DNA of 64,000 nucleotides. It comes from Octopus vulgaris (lineage: Eukaryota). Location: positions 117,118,001 to 117,182,000 of the forward strand of contig OX597814.1 of assembly GCA_951406725.2 (NCBI GenBank), written 5' to 3'. Under the pieces are notes generated by a model, which had not been told where the DNA came from, searched no databases, and worked only from the letters and a program-made list of their open reading frames with translations. The position numbers and the translations under genes were made by a program. Shown here in pieces: positions 30,887-45,956 of this stretch (position 1 is its first letter; each line of letters starts with the position of its first letter).

Positions 30887-31439
30887 ATGTTTATGGTAAT
30901 ACGATTCCTGCAATGTTGCTGAAACATTTTCCATATCATGCACATGATAATGCACCCATGCCAGAGTTGGAGAAAATGAAGTTTTAGATTCTCGAAACCA
31001 TCCAGATAACCATCACCTCTCATATCTTCTATTTTTTCTTGTGATCAGTCTTTGCATTGCTTCAATTTCCCTGTATCAAGACCACACACAGGTACACACA
31101 CACATACACTCATACGTATATGCTGACACGTATACACATACATAGATATTATATGTCTATACACACCCGTCACAAAGCGCATGTGCCTTTAACGTTTAAA
31201 CCGGCAAAATTGTTTTAATTATTTTTCAGGTTGTTCACAATTATATATCGACATTTTGTAAATTGATAAACAACGGCCGATAGGATAATTGCCAGACGGG
31301 AGTAATTTCTTATGGAGACATCCATGTTATCAGCAATCAAGTTTGTAGTCCATTGACTGACATTTGTAATCGAATGACCTATCACAAATAATAGAAAGTA
31401 ACGGAAGTCGAATTCGAACCATATGAGACACTTACTCAT

Positions 31440-31649
31440 TTACTATTTTACTATTTTACTTGTTTCAGTCATTTGACTGAGGCCATGCTGGAGCACCGCC
31501 TTTAGTCGAGCAAATCGACCCCAGGAGTTATTCATTGTAAGCCTAGTACTTATCCTATCGGGCTCCTTTTACCGAACCGCTAGGTTACGGGGACGTAAAC
31601 ACATCAGCATCGGTTGTCAAGCGATGTTGGGGGGCAAACATATATACAC

Positions 31650-31704
<55 letters not shown>

Positions 31705-32355
31705 TAAAAGAAATAAAACATATGCGTATATATAAACATATATGTACGTACCTACCTCTACATGTACATATACACGCATATAGGAGTACAGGACACCAAA
31801 GGGACGTCGAACACATAGAGAAACGAAAACATAGACACAAACCAAAGGAACAGGACATTTTTTTAAAAACAACAAAACAACGAAAAAACCACTTCTTCAG
31901 TCGCTAAGGTTTCATCTACTCTACGTTTCGAAGGATAAAAGCGAGACGTATCTTCGACAAGAAACTTTCCTTCCTGCGAAAAGCAAATCAATTAAAATTC
32001 TGAGATCTTTTCGCAGAGGGGTAAAAAATGGTAAAAAAACGAGACAGTAACGACAGTACAAAAATATAGACAGTAAAAAAAAATATATATATATATAAAC
32101 AGTAAAAAAATATATAAAACAGTAAAAGACAGGACAGGAGAACAAGATAAGAAGGGCTGTTGACGCCGAACGAAAAAAGTATTGCATATATACGACGGGC
32201 TTCTTTCAATTTCCGTCTACCAAATCCAATCACAAGGCTTTGGTCGGCCCGAGGCTATAGTAGAAGGCACTTGCCCAAGAACCCACGCAGTGGGACTGAA
32301 CCCGGAACCATGTGGCTCGTAAGCAAGCAACGTACCACACAGTCACTCCTACGCC
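31440..32355 (-). mobile_element. SINE family A interrupted in its internal (TA)n by element 31700-32187
   Basis: Both halves match 29913-30318. Confidence 0.8.
31700..32187 (-). mobile_element. (TA)n-inserted PLE-like non-autonomous element, same family as 54690-55305
   Basis: Reverse complement of ~54860-55305. Confidence 0.7.
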
Positions 32356-32908
32356 TACCTCTTGTTCATAATTTGGAAATAATTACATTACTGCAAACCG
32401 TTTAGTACTGTCTTGTAAACTTTCTTACAATTTCCCATACTTAGAACCACAAATATTTATATATATATTCGATAGCATTTATGTTTTAGCGGTTCTGTTT
32501 ATAGGTTTCTTAATATATCGATCTGTTTCCGTTAAATGTTATGATTTTAGTTTGATTGCAATTGTAAAAGTATGTAGTGAGCTTCTCTATATGTAGAAAC
32601 AGCATCGTAGGATAATCCTAATATTGGACATACACTTTATTTGCATTCCCCCTATCCTTACGATATTTATCATCGAGGCTATTAAAATATTGAATTTTCT
32701 CTTTGATATAATATTACTTCTCGTGTATCATCACATTTAATGTTTCTGTTTCCACTCTCTATAGTGTTGCATAACACTGCGAAGCAATTATTAAAGGAAT
32801 CATCTATACGAACAAATACAATATTGATTGAAGCCTTCCCTGAATAATCTCATCGGAAAGCAAAAGGAACTATAATCAAAATACACACATACATACATAC
32901 ATATATAT

Positions 32909-33015
<107 letters not shown>

Positions 33016-33752
33016 CGTGTCTATATTTATATGTGTGTGATTACTCAATTGCAAGCTTTCCAGTTTTCATAGCAATTATACGCAAGAGTTGAAATATTTT
33101 TTTTTAAGATTAAAGTAAATTGGTTAATAAAATCACTTACATTTCATTGATCTCATTTTGAATGGAATAAATCTAACTTAAAATAGCCACATTTGCAGAG
33201 TAAAATATTACTCTTTTCGGACAATGTAAATAGTGTTGTGAATAAGTCTTGAAATAAGTTAGCCAGAAATGATGAATGAAAAGATGAAAAGATATTGGAG
33301 AGAAACGCAGCGATATATTTGGATAATATCTCAAAGTGTGCTTCGAAAGAGCAGTGATAAAATGTGTAGAATGCAAAGCTAGTTGTTGAAATTTGAGTTC
33401 ATATGAATGATTTGTTGTGTAAAGGTTAGTTAACAGGTCATATGCATAACCTTTGGTAGGAATATGGCGACTGGAGTTGAATGCCAAATGATCCGTGACT
33501 ATAAGGTCAATAGAACTGTCTTATTTGCAATCTGTTATGAGAGGCTCCTTCAAGTTAATCTAATAGTATAGTAATTCTTTAAGATAATGTAATAAATCAC
33601 AATAACACTGTTATTTAAGCTCTTGTCATAGTTAATGTATATATATATATATAACGGTGGTGCATCAGCATGGCCGCAGCTCTGAGCTGAAACAAGAAAA
33701 ACGAAAAACGAAAGATAGATAGATAGAAAGATAGATATAGTTATAGATATAG

Positions 33753-33793
<41 letters not shown>

Positions 33794-33926
33794 TACATAT
33801 ATAAGCATACATACACACACATATGATAATATATATATATATATATACACTCTCCCATCCACCCACTCACACATACACACATGCGCGCACACACACAGAG
33901 AAATGCATGCACAGAGTCACACACAA

Positions 33927-33984
<58 letters not shown>

Positions 33985-34397
33985 ATTTCAGATTGTCCTT
34001 GGTAAATTTTTGAACGTCTATTATAATTCATAGTTATGTGGCAGGGAATTGATAAATTTCATTAGTTGAAGATACGAGAAGAAAGAAATATTTAGTTGAC
34101 ATGCCCGAAATGTAAACATCTTCATTGTGGGAAAATTTATCTTCCTTATTGATATTAAACATGAGAACCCTAGATATCTGTACATTTTTTTGCTATAAAG
34201 AAATGGAAATGCCATTAGCATGCGCTTTAACAAGAAATATTCATGAGATATATCGTGCTTATCACTACATTCATACACATATGGAGTTTCAAGTTTGTTA
34301 TCAAATATTTCTAACGTAATTTGGTGTGGTTTTCTCAATTTATCATTCCTAAAATAGTTATTTGTGTGGCAAATATTAAAAAATAAATAATAAACAT

Positions 34398-34634
34398 GCC
34401 TGTTTAAAGCCTAGCCACCCTCATGGGCCCGGTTTCTATGGCGTATGTGTTCCCCAGCTGGACGGGACGCTAGTCCATCGCAACCTTACTCCTTTTTTGC
34501 CAGTTGAGTGGACTGGAGCAACGTGAAATGAAGTGTTTTGCTCAAGAACACAACGCATCGCCCGGTCCAGGAATCGAAACCACAATCTCACGATCATGGT
34601 GCTGACACACTAACCACTAAGCCACGCGCCTCCA
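34398..34634 (-). mobile_element. tRNA-derived SINE family C (V-domain-like)
   Basis: Head GGAGGCGCGTGGCTTAGTGG, B box GTTTCGATTCC, GCGATGGACTAGCGTCCCGTCCAG; related head at 37699-37785 (+). Confidence 0.75.
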
Positions 34635-35759
34635 CATGGCAAATATTACATTCACTTAAATGCAACTTGTTTGTTTTTCTTCGGCGCAGATTTCTTCTCT
34701 AAATCATGTCCATCGCAGCATCTTGGAAGTTGCTTTATCCCACCTGTAGTTTTCAAGTCAGCTGGATCTACTGGGTGAATGTACTTGTTAAATTTGAAAT
34801 ATTGTACGGGGTTTGCAAACAGAAATCTTGGTGACAGGGACGGACATCAAGACGGCTTTATTGCTCTGGATCAAAAATATATCATTTGTCAAATTTTATT
34901 GGAGAAATTAACACAACATTTATAGTGGTCATTCCGAAAGTAGGAAAAAAAATTACAAATGACATAGCTGTCAACAAGTGTTGAATAAGTACAGAGATGT
35001 TGAAAATATGGTTCATAAATGAGAAATGTAAGAATGTATTCGATGAGAATTGATCATGGTGTTAAGTGAAATCCGAAGAGAAAGACGTATATAAAAGTTT
35101 TATGGGTAAAGTAGATCGATTATAAGATGCCTTGTTTATTGGCCATGCGTTTTAAGAGTGGAAGTACTATCAAGACTTATTGTCTTGTTGCATTTTTTAC
35201 AAATGTTTTGTAACCCAAGGTGCGTCCTGATCGAACAAACCTGGGAACAAAAGCATCTTATACATGACAATTTAATGGTTTTCTTATCAGAGAAGATTTA
35301 GTTTGGTTTCATAACTGTATCACGTATATAGAAGGTTATTTGCCTGCTGTTTTAGATCGACAAGTAGCAGAGAAGAGCGGGTGCAGAGATTCCATATATA
35401 GATATCAGATACGTTGACGCACAAGGATCAGTGAATTATGTGATGTAGAGGAAAAAGATGGCATGTATGCAATTGCGTTAAGGTGTTAGAATGAAATGCA
35501 TTGAATCATAACTGAGAATAAACAAGGATCATGATTCGGCATAGAGATATTTTCAATAGAAAACAACAGACCCATCTTCAACTATGCACGTGACCTATCA
35601 GCACTAGAGTACAATTGTTCAGATCAATACATATGTTTAACCTCTCATTGTTTTGTTTTCATAATGTGCTGGTGTATCGCAACATACTTACGGTGTAGTA
35701 TAATAAGAAAACAGCGTAGCGCAGTTATCAGGACAGGTTAGAAAGGTAAAGGAGTAGAA

Positions 35760-36080
35760 TGAAATACTGTAACTGAATAAAGAGACAGAAAGCTAGAACC
35801 TCGATGTGGTGGGTAACCTGTGATAGCCTTGTCACTTTTTGTTAGGTGAGCACTTCCGGGTCAAGATCCTTCATCAGACGTTCTTCGCCGCGTCTGCTTT
35901 TTATGGTGGTCATTGGTGGTCATCGCTGGTGTTGATTAAAGCCTCTGGAATCAGTATATGTACTTACAGCCATAGAGCTCATTCCCGCGGTTAGGACTGT
36001 GTGTTTTCTTCCACATGAAGTCTACCTCCTTAATCTGATATTGAGTATATCTTCCCCCTCAATGCCACTTCTCTAGTAAT
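35760..36080 (-). pseudogene. Old PLE 3' remnant with degenerate hammerhead (35845-35880)
   Basis: IKEV...PNRG..Y...IY resembles the PLE endonuclease C-terminus; cgt-CTGATGA-a-ggatc tt gaccc-g-GAAG. Confidence 0.45.
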
Positions 36081-37899
36081 CGAGATGAAGACCAGGAATA
36101 AGATATGAGTTCAGTTTTCTAATACGCTTTGAACACTAGCAGCAACGCAGCAGCAAGTTTCTACTACTCAACATGCAAATGCAGCAATCATATAAACATT
36201 AAGATAAAGGGAACATCGAATCATATTCAAAAGCTGAACATGCAGAAGTTCACAATTCGAAACCCTATGTATCCTTAAACCATAAATTGTTTTACAAATA
36301 TCATTTCACGCAGTCTTGTGTGAACATAGCTTCTGGAATAATTGAATAGTAAATAATGAATGCTCTCTTCTGTAGTGATAGGATATATTTTAAAGTTTAA
36401 GATATTTATATTATTTATAACGGATGTCGTGCATTATGTAAATTCGTTACATTTGAGAAAATGCATTTTCTTACATCTCCACATCTCCTCCAACCCTCTA
36501 CCCGTATATATTTAAATCTACAATCAATAACTGTAACTCGATCAAAATTAGATAACTTCGAAGATCTTCGGCCATTTTCTCATATTTTAACATAATCATA
36601 ATGAACAAGGTGGTTATTTTAGCTATAACTCACAACCTATAGGAATGAAATTATATGTTATTATATAGACAACCATAATCCTATTCTACTTACCGTTGTG
36701 TTTGTTTAGTTCGGTCATTATTGATTTTAAGAACGTTCTGGAGACGATAAAAGTTTGCTACAAATCTTAATGATATTGATTTCCATAAGTTCGGTAGGAA
36801 GGAATAAAGGTCGACCAGTACATTATTTTCAGTTCGACATGGAGAGAATATAATTTGAAACGAAATCACTGTTACTCTGATAGAGTACCGAACCCCGTGT
36901 ATGTCATTATTTCCTCATATCTCGCTTCTTTTTAAAGCTTGTTTTTAAATTTAGGAAAATGTCGATACATAACATCTATTAATAATTTTTCATCCATTAC
37001 TATATTTTTTTTTTTTGCAATACTCTATTTGTAAACGGCATCTGAAATGTTGAATACTACCTACAAAGCCGATGAATTTTACATATATATTTGAAGTAAA
37101 GTATTATCATAATACCTACATTCAGTAGCCGCTTTAGAATAAATATACATCATTTGCTCTTTATAAGTTGATGTTACTAAATCCTGGTAGAGTTTTGACA
37201 GCCAAACATCAGAACATTTTGTGCCTTCGCCAATTTAATTTCACCAGACAGAGAAACTTTGGCAACAAGTTGTTAAAAGAAACTTCTGAAACCTATAATT
37301 ATTAACAGAAGCTAAATTGAAATCAATTTATATCGTTCTAGACTTTTTCGATTATAAAATATTCATAAATTTGGATACAAAATCAAATTAGAAATTACAA
37401 GTTCAGATGTTGGGCAGAGGATATATTTTTAGGTTTATCGCTTATTCGTCCGTCATATTCAATGAAAGTCTAATAACATATATTAAGCTTTGTATTTGGC
37501 CATGCTTGAACACAAATATCTATAATATCAATATATAAATATTAACATGTTCTGAGTGGTATAAAGACAAAAGGATTCAGAAAGACTTCGTAACATATGT
37601 GTGTGTGTGTGTGTGTGTTAATTCTGTTAAGAGTGTAGTAGAGCACAGTATAAAGCTCATCCACCTTCTCATTTCACCCTGTATTATCCAGTAGTAGTGG
37701 AGACGCAATGGCCCAGTAGTTAGGACAGCGGACACGCGGTCGTAGGATCGTGGTTTCGATTCCCAGACCGGGCGTTGTGAGTGTTAGCCCGTAACCATAT
37801 AGCACGTCATGCATCTTGTCGATGACCACTAAGTCCGGTCAGTTATGCTCTAGCACCTGATCTGTTTAGATGGACAAATCTAACAGGATTTTGCTGGTT

Positions 37900-40750
37900 C
37901 CCAGACTCTGCCACTCTCTACGGTTTGTGCTTATGCTACGTCTTGCCTCTCCCTAGTCCCCACTTTTCATACAGTTTCCAAAGTAGCGGTTTCGCTAACT
38001 CACCATGTCACCACAATTTGAAGCGGGCAAGTCTAGGGCTTTCGTCCCCGAGATTGGATAGTTTCCTCCACTCTATTACAGATGCAATGCAGTAGAGACA
38101 TCACCGCTTTAATGGTTGACCCTCTGATTCATAACCAAAGCTTGGGCAGATGGAATTGAGTGGGTAGTCCCTTGTTGCGTAATGCTTCATGTCCTTTTTG
38201 AACTTCTTTCTTTTGAACTTCTTCCTTTGTTTCTCCCTTTTTCTCTGATTTCAATACTCCCTCATTCCTAACTAACACTACCATGGTTTCGCTTTCTTGG
38301 GATAGCTAACTCATTAAGCTCCCAAGTTGGATACGTACACAGTCTTCCATACTTAATAGTCCCATTTCTCCAATTTCACTCTTACTGTATATGGGATCAG
38401 TGTCTGAACGTGGACGATAGGTTCCATGCTTCAGAAGGAGATTTCTTGCCTTCCTGTCAAACTCCTTTCGTCCCTTCTTTGTCCACTCCATGATTCCGGT
38501 GCCATAGTAAACTACTGCGACTGCATGCGTGTCATCCATATCTTCTGTAATAATATACTTAAGGGGATTCTTCCGAACACAAAGATGAGTGGGGATACAC
38601 CGACTCCTGGAAGATTGCTCTCTTGATCTTCACCTCGCCTGATACCTGATATCCTGCTGTCAGTTCAGTTTTCCAATACTTCATACGATTCTAAATGAGA
38701 CTTATCTTATTTTCCGCTACTCCATACATTTCCATAGTTTTTGTTTTCCAGGGATGTGGTATCATATTGTTTGCTTTACGATAGTCAATCCATTCCATGC
38801 TCGTGTTTGCGTGTCTTCTCTTGCAGTTTCTGACAATTAGATTATCAGTTAACCGCTGATCTTACCTTCTCTAGCTTCTCTTTCGCCACTCTTTCTGTTT
38901 AACATGTAGCAGCCCACGTTACTCTAAGTATACATGTAGTTCACCCGCTAGAGCACCTAGCAAGAGCTTATGCATTAGTGAAAGACACGCTATTGGTCGA
39001 AAGCTGGATGCAATATTACCCTTTTCGTGATCCTCAGCACATGCATTTCCCTTTCCCCTTCAGCTTAGTACTGCGCCTTCTTGCAAGCACTCATCTCGCT
39101 CTTTTGCTATCCTTTCATGGATCCCTCTCAGGTTCTCCATCCTATAACTTTGGACTCCAATTTGTCTTCTGCTCTTCCAATTTGGGAGTTTCCTTAATTG
39201 TATTTCTATCATTTCTGTAGTTATTTTTATGTTGTCTTGGCCTTCTATATTTATTAACGTTTCTTGGACTCCATGGGGTCTAGCCCGCTTCATTATGATG
39301 CTTCACATGTTGGTCACAGATTCCTTCCCAGAATGACATGCTTTCGTCTGAATCTGGTATCATTGTTACGTGTAATTGCCTATCAAATTCCTGAAACCGT
39401 TTTTTTTTTGCTGGTTTGCTTCAAACACTCTGTTTTGCCTGAAGTGTCTTTTTCTATTGTCATGTATTTCCACTTTTGCCTTCATTGCAGCTAATCTTTG
39501 TTTCAATTCTCCAAAATCACATTATACTCTTTATCTCTTATTCTTTATGTTCTCTCCGGTTATATTCTTTCCTTGTGCAATTTCTCTCTTTTCGATCTAT
39601 CAACTTGTCTTAAATGCCTTTTTAACTTCGTTTGATTTTCACATATTCCTCAATGCCAGAACGGTTCTTTTTGGTCTCTTTGTTCCCATTGTTCTCTTCT
39701 GTTGTATCCAAATCTATCTGCAGCAACCATCGCTGCAGCCCAAATAATTGTTGTTAGTTTCAGTTATATTTCTCGTCTGAAGTAGTGAAAGGACAGAATC
39801 TATCCTTTCTATTTCAGTTTTGAGCTTGCGTCGATCAATCTAACTTAGATGAGGTGATGTTTGATCCTGGTCTTCTCTAATATATCGGCACATCATCCTC
39901 ACTATGCCTTGATGATTACCTTTGTATTCTTGTGATATAGCTTCTCCAATTATTTCTGCTTCATTTGCTGAGACTGTATTTGCATTTACACTTTATTCTA
40001 CCTCTTCCCTGACGTCAATCATTTCTCAGTAGGCATGTTATTTGCTGGTGAAATACTATCACTAGTTTCTATTTTCCTTTTAATATTTTCAACTACCATG
40101 TCCGTTATCTACACTTTTGTACTTATTGCTCAGCCAGGTCGGCTTACAGTTGCTCGGTTATCTTGAAAAGTCCGACTTCATTCCATTTTGCTTTCATGCG
40201 TTGTCGGAATCGCCTCGTACTGAATTCATTTCTGATACAACATTCAATTACAATTTAATCTGCTTCCTTATCTCATCTTTTTCTCTGCCTCTGACTCTGG
40301 TTATAAGCAGTCTCTGGATGACGAGTGTTCTTGCGTTGCTGGACCACAGGACACTTGCCGGGCGAAATGATTTCACCTTGGACTCCAGCTTCACTCACAC
40401 CATTATTTGATTAGATTATATACACCATTATTTGTATTAGATATATACACTCAAAACTGAGGTTTGTGTTTTTAGGTTAGCCACAAAGCAGTATTTTTAT
40501 CGAGATACCAACTCTAGCAAGACTGTCAACAAAGACTGGAGAGCCCTTGCTACCCATAAGCTGAGGCTGTTCCCATTCACATTTGTGAGTGTTAGGGTCT
40601 ATGTTAATCACGCTCACTAGAAGATCTGTGAATGTCGGTTAGTTCCGTATCCTCATCCAAACATTGCTTGGGCGGTAGGACACAATTCGCGCTTCATTTG
40701 TCTTTATCCGAAATATGGAACCGCTGGACACCGACACGTTGTCATCATTG
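37900..40750 (-). pseudogene. Degenerate R4/Dong-like LINE with 5' region
   Basis: ORF pieces ITTEMIEIQLRKLPNWKS and AVAVVYYGTGIMEWT...DRKARNLL..HGTYRPRSDTD; adjacent (ATT)n. Confidence 0.75.
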
Positions 40751-40799
40751 TGGTTAAGGAGTTCCATCTTCCCCAGTTTTTAAATCAGAAAAAATCACT

Positions 40800-40881
<82 letters not shown>

Positions 40882-40968
40882 CCATCATCATCATCATTGT
40901 CATCATCACTCTTCTTCTTTTTCTTGTTGTTGTTGCTATTGTTCTTCTTCGTCTTCTTTTTCTTCTTC

Positions 40969-41023
<55 letters not shown>

Positions 41024-41754
41024 GTAGTACAATATAAATTACGATGAGAAGTTATATGAAAATCCTTGCAGACACAGACAACAATAACTTGCAATTTCAA
41101 TAGTGAATCCAAGTAAATTATGAATAAGACCTTTCCTTACCACTTAAAGAGTACACGTTATAAAAATTCTATTGAGTAATTTAATATTCAAAATGATTTA
41201 TTGAAATTGTACACATATTCCAGTAGTGAATTTATAAACTCATATAATAAAAGCCCATAATTTCTTCTGCAAATGCTATTGTTGAAGAGATGATAAGGGT
41301 TTACATTTATGAACATGTAATAAGTCCATTACTGAAATATGCATATGTCCAAGCCTAATTTGAGTAAATAGTTTTAAGTAGTATATATATATATATATAT
41401 TTCAGCGTGGAAGGTATTAATTATCAATTTATAAAAAAAACGTTAGATTCACTTCAACGTTTAAATTTAATTTGCCAAAATATTCTCGTCGCTTTGAGAC
41501 CGCAACCTCGTCCCTGACAAAATACCGTGCTGACAAAATTCTTTATATATATGTATATATAATTATGATTATGATTATCTAAGAGATATCACCATGCTTG
41601 AGATAGCAGTCAAAGCTTGAATCTAAAACACTTTATATATTCCGCGGAGGTAGTTTGACTATATAGCACCTGGAGGTTAGACGGGCAGTTAAACCGGCCG
41701 TCTATATACGTACATATATCTGTATGTATACTTGCGTATATATAAGTATCCGTA

Positions 41755-41813
<59 letters not shown>

Positions 41814-41930
41814 CACCAACGCACGGTTGCAACACCAAATGGTCTTATCTCCAACCGTGTATTTTCTGCTGTGATACCCAGGTATCGGTTAAACTTTTGA
41901 ATAATAACAAGAAAATTCATCTTTCTATTT

Positions 41931-41993
<63 letters not shown>

Positions 41994-42099
41994 CATACAT
42001 ATATATTTGTAATTATTTACTATCTGTGTATATCTCACTGACGAGGCAGAGCATATTTTGATAGAAAGCCAGAAATCCGGATCTGAGATAATCCCTAAA

Positions 42100-43290
42100 G
42101 CGGACTCATGCATTCTACGGGCCGCTGTTATACTATTCTTTTAGGGCGCTTGCACTATGTCGAGTATGGAACTGACATTGCATATCCAGCGGATCATGCT
42201 AGCTTCATTTCTTTCAAGCTTACGCATGTCCTCAGCAGTCATAGCGTATGTTTGACTGCCGTGTAGCATGGTAGTTCGCACACATGCATCGTACATTTTA
42301 CATTTCATTCAGAGCGAGAGGCCCTTAGTTGCCAGCAGAAGTAGGAGCTCCCTGAACCTTGTCCAAGCTATTCGTTTTCTAGGCGCTACACTCTCAGAGC
42401 AACCACCCCAACTACAGACTTAGTGGTCTAGCTAGCGGTAGCTATTAGCTACTTTCTCCCCCTGACATGTGATGGAATCTGTTTTCGGTACATCTTCAGT
42501 GTTTACATCCCCTGTGGATCTGCCACACAAAAACTATCTTCCCGGTTAACGTTCCTTGGAAATTGCTGCACCTTTTATGTGTCTATAGCTTACACCGGGT
42601 ACATCGTATGGATTTTCTACCAACGCCTTTTTCTACAGATCGACCAGGACATTCTACCTGAAGGAGTTTTTGACTTGTCAGCCTTCCTAATTAAGAAGAC
42701 TTTGGTTTTTGCTAGGTTAACCCTAAGGTCATGCGATCGTACCCTTGCTTTCTCACCCTAAACTTCGTCTCTAGTTCTGGCAGTTACTCGGATTTTAGAT
42801 CAAGGTCATCAGCATAGAGGAGCTACCAGGGATAGCTTGTCTTTGATTCCTCTGTTATTGCCTGGAAGACTATGATGAATAAGAGGAGACAGAAGACAGA
42901 AAATCATTGGTGAACCCCTACTTCTACCCAGAATTCTTCATTATACTCGTTGCCAACTCTTCTCTTACTGAGAGAACCTCTGTACAGGGCTTGTACAGCT
43001 CTTATCAACCACTCATCTAACCCTAGCTTCCGCATTGACCACCAAATAAGGGATCGGGGTCCCTTTTAAAGGCTTTCTCCTAGTGAACAAAAGCCAAGTA
43101 CAGAGGTTTATATTTCGCTAGATATTTCTCCTGCAATTGCTTTACCAGAAATATAGCATAAGTGGAGTTTCTGTCTGGCACAAAACCAAACGGAATCTTA
43201 TCTAGGCTCACTCCCTCCCTAACTAGTTGGGCTATGACTCTCTCTGTATCTTTCATCGCCTGATCCAATAATTTGATACCCCTGTAGTTA
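42100..43290 (-). pseudogene. RTE-clade LINE RT remnant
   Basis: FGFVPDRNSTYAIFLVKQLQEKYL..LYLAFV and LLYADDL (~42800-42822). Confidence 0.8.
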
Positions 43291-43354
43291 TTTCTATCTA
43301 AAGGATCTCCTTTACCTTTACATATATATTATTCAAAAGAGTTTGATTACTTGC

Positions 43355-43404
<50 letters not shown>

Positions 43405-44044
43405 CTGTGTGTGTTTGTGTGCATGTACATCCAGGTATGAATCTGTGTCCTTGAATAGTTTTCGTCCAATTTTTTTTCATGTTAGAGATCCTTTATATTA
43501 AGAGCATTAATTCTTTGTGTTCACGTTTGCAGGAGCTTTATGAAAACTGATTTCAATAAATCGAATTTTCATCATATCATTTCGGTATCCATACGCTCCG
43601 ATACTGCACATACATGCATTATAATAATGCATGTGCATAGATATCCATTATGCAATCTCCATACGTATTCACATGATCCTCTTGTCGCATATGTACGTGT
43701 ATATAATCATGCTGACATAGAGTGGGCGACAACAACCGGATTTATATTGAGGATTATAGGATAACTTCTGCATGATTTTCAACATGGACGAATGCAATTT
43801 AGTCGTCAAAATAAGATTAAGTTCGCAGTTATATAATATTTTTGCATTGATTAAAAATGAAAGAATAAAATAGCTACATTTTGAGGTGTGTATCTTCACT
43901 TCAAAATTATTTTGTACGTTCAATAACATTTTTTTTTTCGAAAATAGCTAATCATGTAAAATGAAAAGTAAAATCCATTAAACCTGAATATTTATGTCTG
44001 AAAAGTTTTCTTTCTTTCACTTTCAAACGCACCTTCATTATTAT

Positions 44045-44128
<84 letters not shown>

Positions 44129-44289
44129 ATATATATATTTCCATACATGAATACTCACATGCATACATACATATATATGTAGGCATGTACACACAAACAT
44201 ACATACAACATGTTCATATATATATACATATATATATCATATATATATATATATATATACATATATACATATATATGTATATATAATTA

Positions 44290-44477
44290 TACAATCATGT
44301 AAATAAAGGTTATTTATATAAGCTTGAAGCTTACAGCGATCACCTTGCAATGACTAAGGAAAATAGTCTAATAAAGGGGCATATAAGCCCTGGACAAAAA
44401 AGAAGGCTTTCCTAACCGCGTGGGACTCGAACCCACATCAATTTGTTAACGCGTCTAAGTGTCTTATACACCTCACC
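44290..44477 (-). mobile_element. Short tRNA-headed element in (TA)n
   Basis: GGTGAGGTG...GTGGGTTCGAGTCCCAC T-arm/B box. Confidence 0.45.
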
Positions 44478-44489
44478 ATATATATGTAT

Positions 44490-45300
44490 AAAATACAAGA
44501 AAGCAAAACATCTCGACAGTTAAGTGATACAAAAATGGGACAACAAAACATCCAGATAGACGATATAAAATAAACAAGGACGGGTCATTTGAAGTTTTCT
44601 TTCCTCAGTCAGGTACCAGATTATCTTCGCAATTTCGTCTGACTATACTTGGAATTGCTCCAATCTGGTCATACCCAAGGAAAAACTAAGCTAAGAGCAT
44701 TAGATTCCTTGAAAGAAAGCAGCGAAGGTATACAAAAACAAGGGCAAAAAAGGGACAATGTAATACAAATACAATAAAATAATAACAGGACATTACAACG
44801 GGTGTCTTTCGACTAAGGACGAATTAAATTAAGCTTTCGTGTGTGGAAATGATGCCTTACGGCAGGGATACAATTTTTGACAAAGACAGGGAGGAATATC
44901 TATGTTGCACGGACAACGGGCAGACCAAGAAAGAAAGAACAGGCTTGGCCGAACGCCGGTCACGTGGCAAGAGAAGAGAGAGAAGTAGAAGCAGAGGGAC
45001 AGAAGAATTAAGTAGGGGCTAAAATATGACAGGGACACAGTGAAGTGAAAAGTGGAGGGAAAGTGAGCAAGAGGAGAAGGCAAAGAAATGTGAGGGAGGG
45101 GAAACGAAAGAACGAAGAGTGGAATGAACGAATAAGCGTGAAAAGGCTGGTCCATCTGCTTCTACTTCTCTCTCTTCTCTTCCCACGTGACCGGCGTTCG
45201 GCGAAGCCTGTTCTTTCTTTTTTTGGTCTGACCGTGTCCGTGCGACATTGATATTCCTCCCTGCGTTCGTGAAACCTTGTTTCTCATTGTTTTGACTTAT
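44490..45300 (-). mobile_element. Repeat homologous to 46470-47230, with internal fold-back
   Basis: 44540-44880 is the diverged reverse complement of ~46800-47200; inverted arms 44887-44995 / 45155-45263. Confidence 0.7.
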
Positions 45301-45918
45301 CAATGCCGTATACTGAACAGGGTCCCCTGATAGCTATATGCTAAATGATTTAGACACCATCTGTTAGCATGTCCCAACGATTCATACCACGGACGAAATT
45401 CAATTATAAAATTCAATTATGAATTGATATTCGTGGGTCGGCTGCGGTTTGTAAGAGTGAGAGAAAATTTTCTCTATGTACCTGGTGTAAAAAAAAAGAA
45501 GAACACCTGAAAGTAAGTTACTGGCAAGCGAGGTGATTCACAAAAGAGCCTGACTCTGACACAAATGGAAATATTTAGGCAGCTGATGTCTTTGATACGG
45601 ATCTATATAAGTTCATAACAATATTAACACATTCCTACAGTATTTCAATGTGGGAAAATAGGGTAGCGACTCAGCTGCCAGGATGCTTCGCGATTCACCG
45701 GTCGCTCCCCGGAGATATCTCACAGAATCTTGTACGATAATCGAATAGCATAGAGCGTTCACCTCTAATTCATAATCCATATATCTATGTGCGCGTGTGT
45801 GTGTGTGTGTATGTATATATGCCACCTACACGTTTTATAAATATATATACACATATATACATATACACATATATACATATATACATACACACACATATAC
45901 ATACACACACACACACAC

Positions 45919-45949
<31 letters not shown>

Positions 45950-45956
<7 letters not shown>

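Noticed and set aside
43540-43580. TDFNKSN (and IDFHKF at ~36775) as viral polymerase motif A
   Set aside because: Wrong strand relative to the L fossil and no supporting context
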